Below are positions 41,178 through 42,708 of a stretch of DNA of 42,708 bases, piece by piece (position 1 is the first letter of the stretch; each line of letters opens with the position of its first letter). The position numbers and the translations under genes were made by a program. This DNA comes from Eledone cirrhosa (lineage: Eukaryota): positions 1 to 42,708 of the forward strand of contig CAXHJY010001161.1 of NCBI GenBank assembly GCA_964016885.1, written 5' to 3'. A model generated the notes under the pieces. It was not told where the DNA came from, searched no databases, and worked only from the letters and a program-made list of their open reading frames with translations.

Positions 41178-41872
41178 GATTCAGTATCGTTAGAGCCTCA
41201 GACACCATGCTTTGAAGCATAGAGTTACGGCCCATTGCGGTCTGAGCTCAAATCTCGCCGAGGTTAACTTTGCCTTTCATCCTTATGGGGTCGATAAAAT
41301 AAAGTACCAGTCACGCACTGAGGTCGATTAAATCGACTTTCCCCTTCCCCCAAAATTCCTGGCCTTGTGCCTCTATAAGAAACCATTATTATTGCGGCAT
41401 TTAGGGCGGTGGATTGGCAGAATCGGTAGAGCGCCAAACAATATGCTTTGTGGCATATAGTTATGGCCTCTTTACGTTCTGAGTTCAAATCCCACCGAGG
41501 CTAGCTTTGCCTTTCATCCTTACGAGATCGATAAAATAAAGTACCAGTAATGCACTGCGGTCGATTTAATCGACTTTCCCCCTCTCCCAAAAATTACTGG
41601 CCTTGTTCCTAAATCATAAACCATTATTATTATTATTTTATAATTTATATGGGACGGTAGATTGGCAGAATCGGTAGAGCATCAGACACAATGCTTTACG
41701 GTATTTAGCCACAACTCTCTACGTTTCTAATTCAAACCCTACCGAGGTCAACTTTGCCTTCATCCATTTAGGATCGATAAAATAAAGTACCAGTAATGCA
41801 CTGAGGTCGATATAATAAACTTCCCCTACCCCGCATTCAAAAAATTGCTGGCTTGTTCCTGAATTAAAAATC
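41178..41872 (+). mobile_element. Three tandem SINE copies of a longer variant (about 41178-41390, 41403-41635, 41651-41872)
   Basis: Same head and core plus an extra GGTCGATT..ATCGACTTTCCCC..CCCAAAA segment before the tail. Confidence 0.85.
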
Positions 41873-41902
41873 CTTATATAATTTATACTCCTTTGTATAT
41901 AA

Positions 41903-42275
41903 TAATTGTTTCTACTTTTGGCACAAAGGCAGCAATTATCCCCAGTGCATTACTGGTACTTGATTTTGTCGACCCCGTAAGGATGAAAGGCAAAGCTAAG
42001 TTCGGCGGGATTTGAACTGAGAACGTAAAGGGTCGTAACTATGCCTCAAAGCATAGTGTCTGATGCTCTACTGACTCTGCCAATCCATAATAATAATTGT
42101 TTCTACTTTTGGCACAAGGCCAAAGTGTATTACTGGTACTTTATTTTATCGACCCCGTAAGGATGGAAAGGCAAAGTTAACCTCGATGGGATATGAACTC
42201 AGATCGTAAAGGGACGTAATTCTAAGCTGGAGAAGCATGGCGTCCGACCCTCAACCGATACTGCAAATCCACCAT
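41903..42275 (-). mobile_element. Two tandem SINE copies (about 41903-42087, 42094-42275)
   Basis: Reverse complement of the short SINE variant. Confidence 0.88.
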
Positions 42276-42708
42276 AATAATACAGAGGATTTTCTGTTTT
42301 TTAATATGTATTCATTTTTCTTTTAATTACAGATATTTTAATACTGACAGGAACCAAACACATTTCTTGCCGAAAAAAAAAACTTAAGGAAATTCAGGAG
42401 CAAAAACACAAACGTGAGAAAACAGACAGAGATAATTCTTATTTATTGATTATTAAATAATTTATTTATACGTGTAAGCAATGGGAAATGTGGACCAAAG
42501 AAAATATTTTAACAACAAAAACGAAAATAATCAGTAATACACAAAAATAACACAAAAAACACAGAAACTAATCAAAAACACTTCATTAAGTGCCCAAAAA
42601 ATCGACAAGAATAGTATTTTAAAGACATCCGCCACTAAATATATTATTATTAATGTTGTTATAGATATATACATACATACATACATGCATATATAAATAT
42701 ATATATAT

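Overview
This is AT-rich, microsatellite-saturated animal DNA, most likely from an octopod cephalopod (inferred from the SINE types and the density of (TA)n/(GT)n arrays). It holds one clear host CDS, a RASSF9/10-like gene with a very large polyQ insert (6318-9692, minus). It also holds a 7SL/SRP RNA copy (about 4522-4811, minus), a frameshifted intronless MARCH2/3-like RING-CH ligase (about 40373-40857), RTE LINE fragments, a deleted mariner and many tRNA-derived SINEs. The dominant hidden structure is a Penelope-like retroelement (PLE) and hammerhead ribozyme system. A 5'-truncated RT + GIY-YIG Penelope-like element forms a 4.5-kb near-perfect palindrome (32338-36813). About ten short non-coding fold-back elements from distinct sequence families sit in (TA)n tracts with the same architecture. 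I can trace about a dozen type I hammerhead motifs by eye, mostly in these elements, including U3-A8 core covariants. Almost all other ORFs in the track are translations of microsatellites. All alignments and folds were done by eye, so edges may be off by a few bases.
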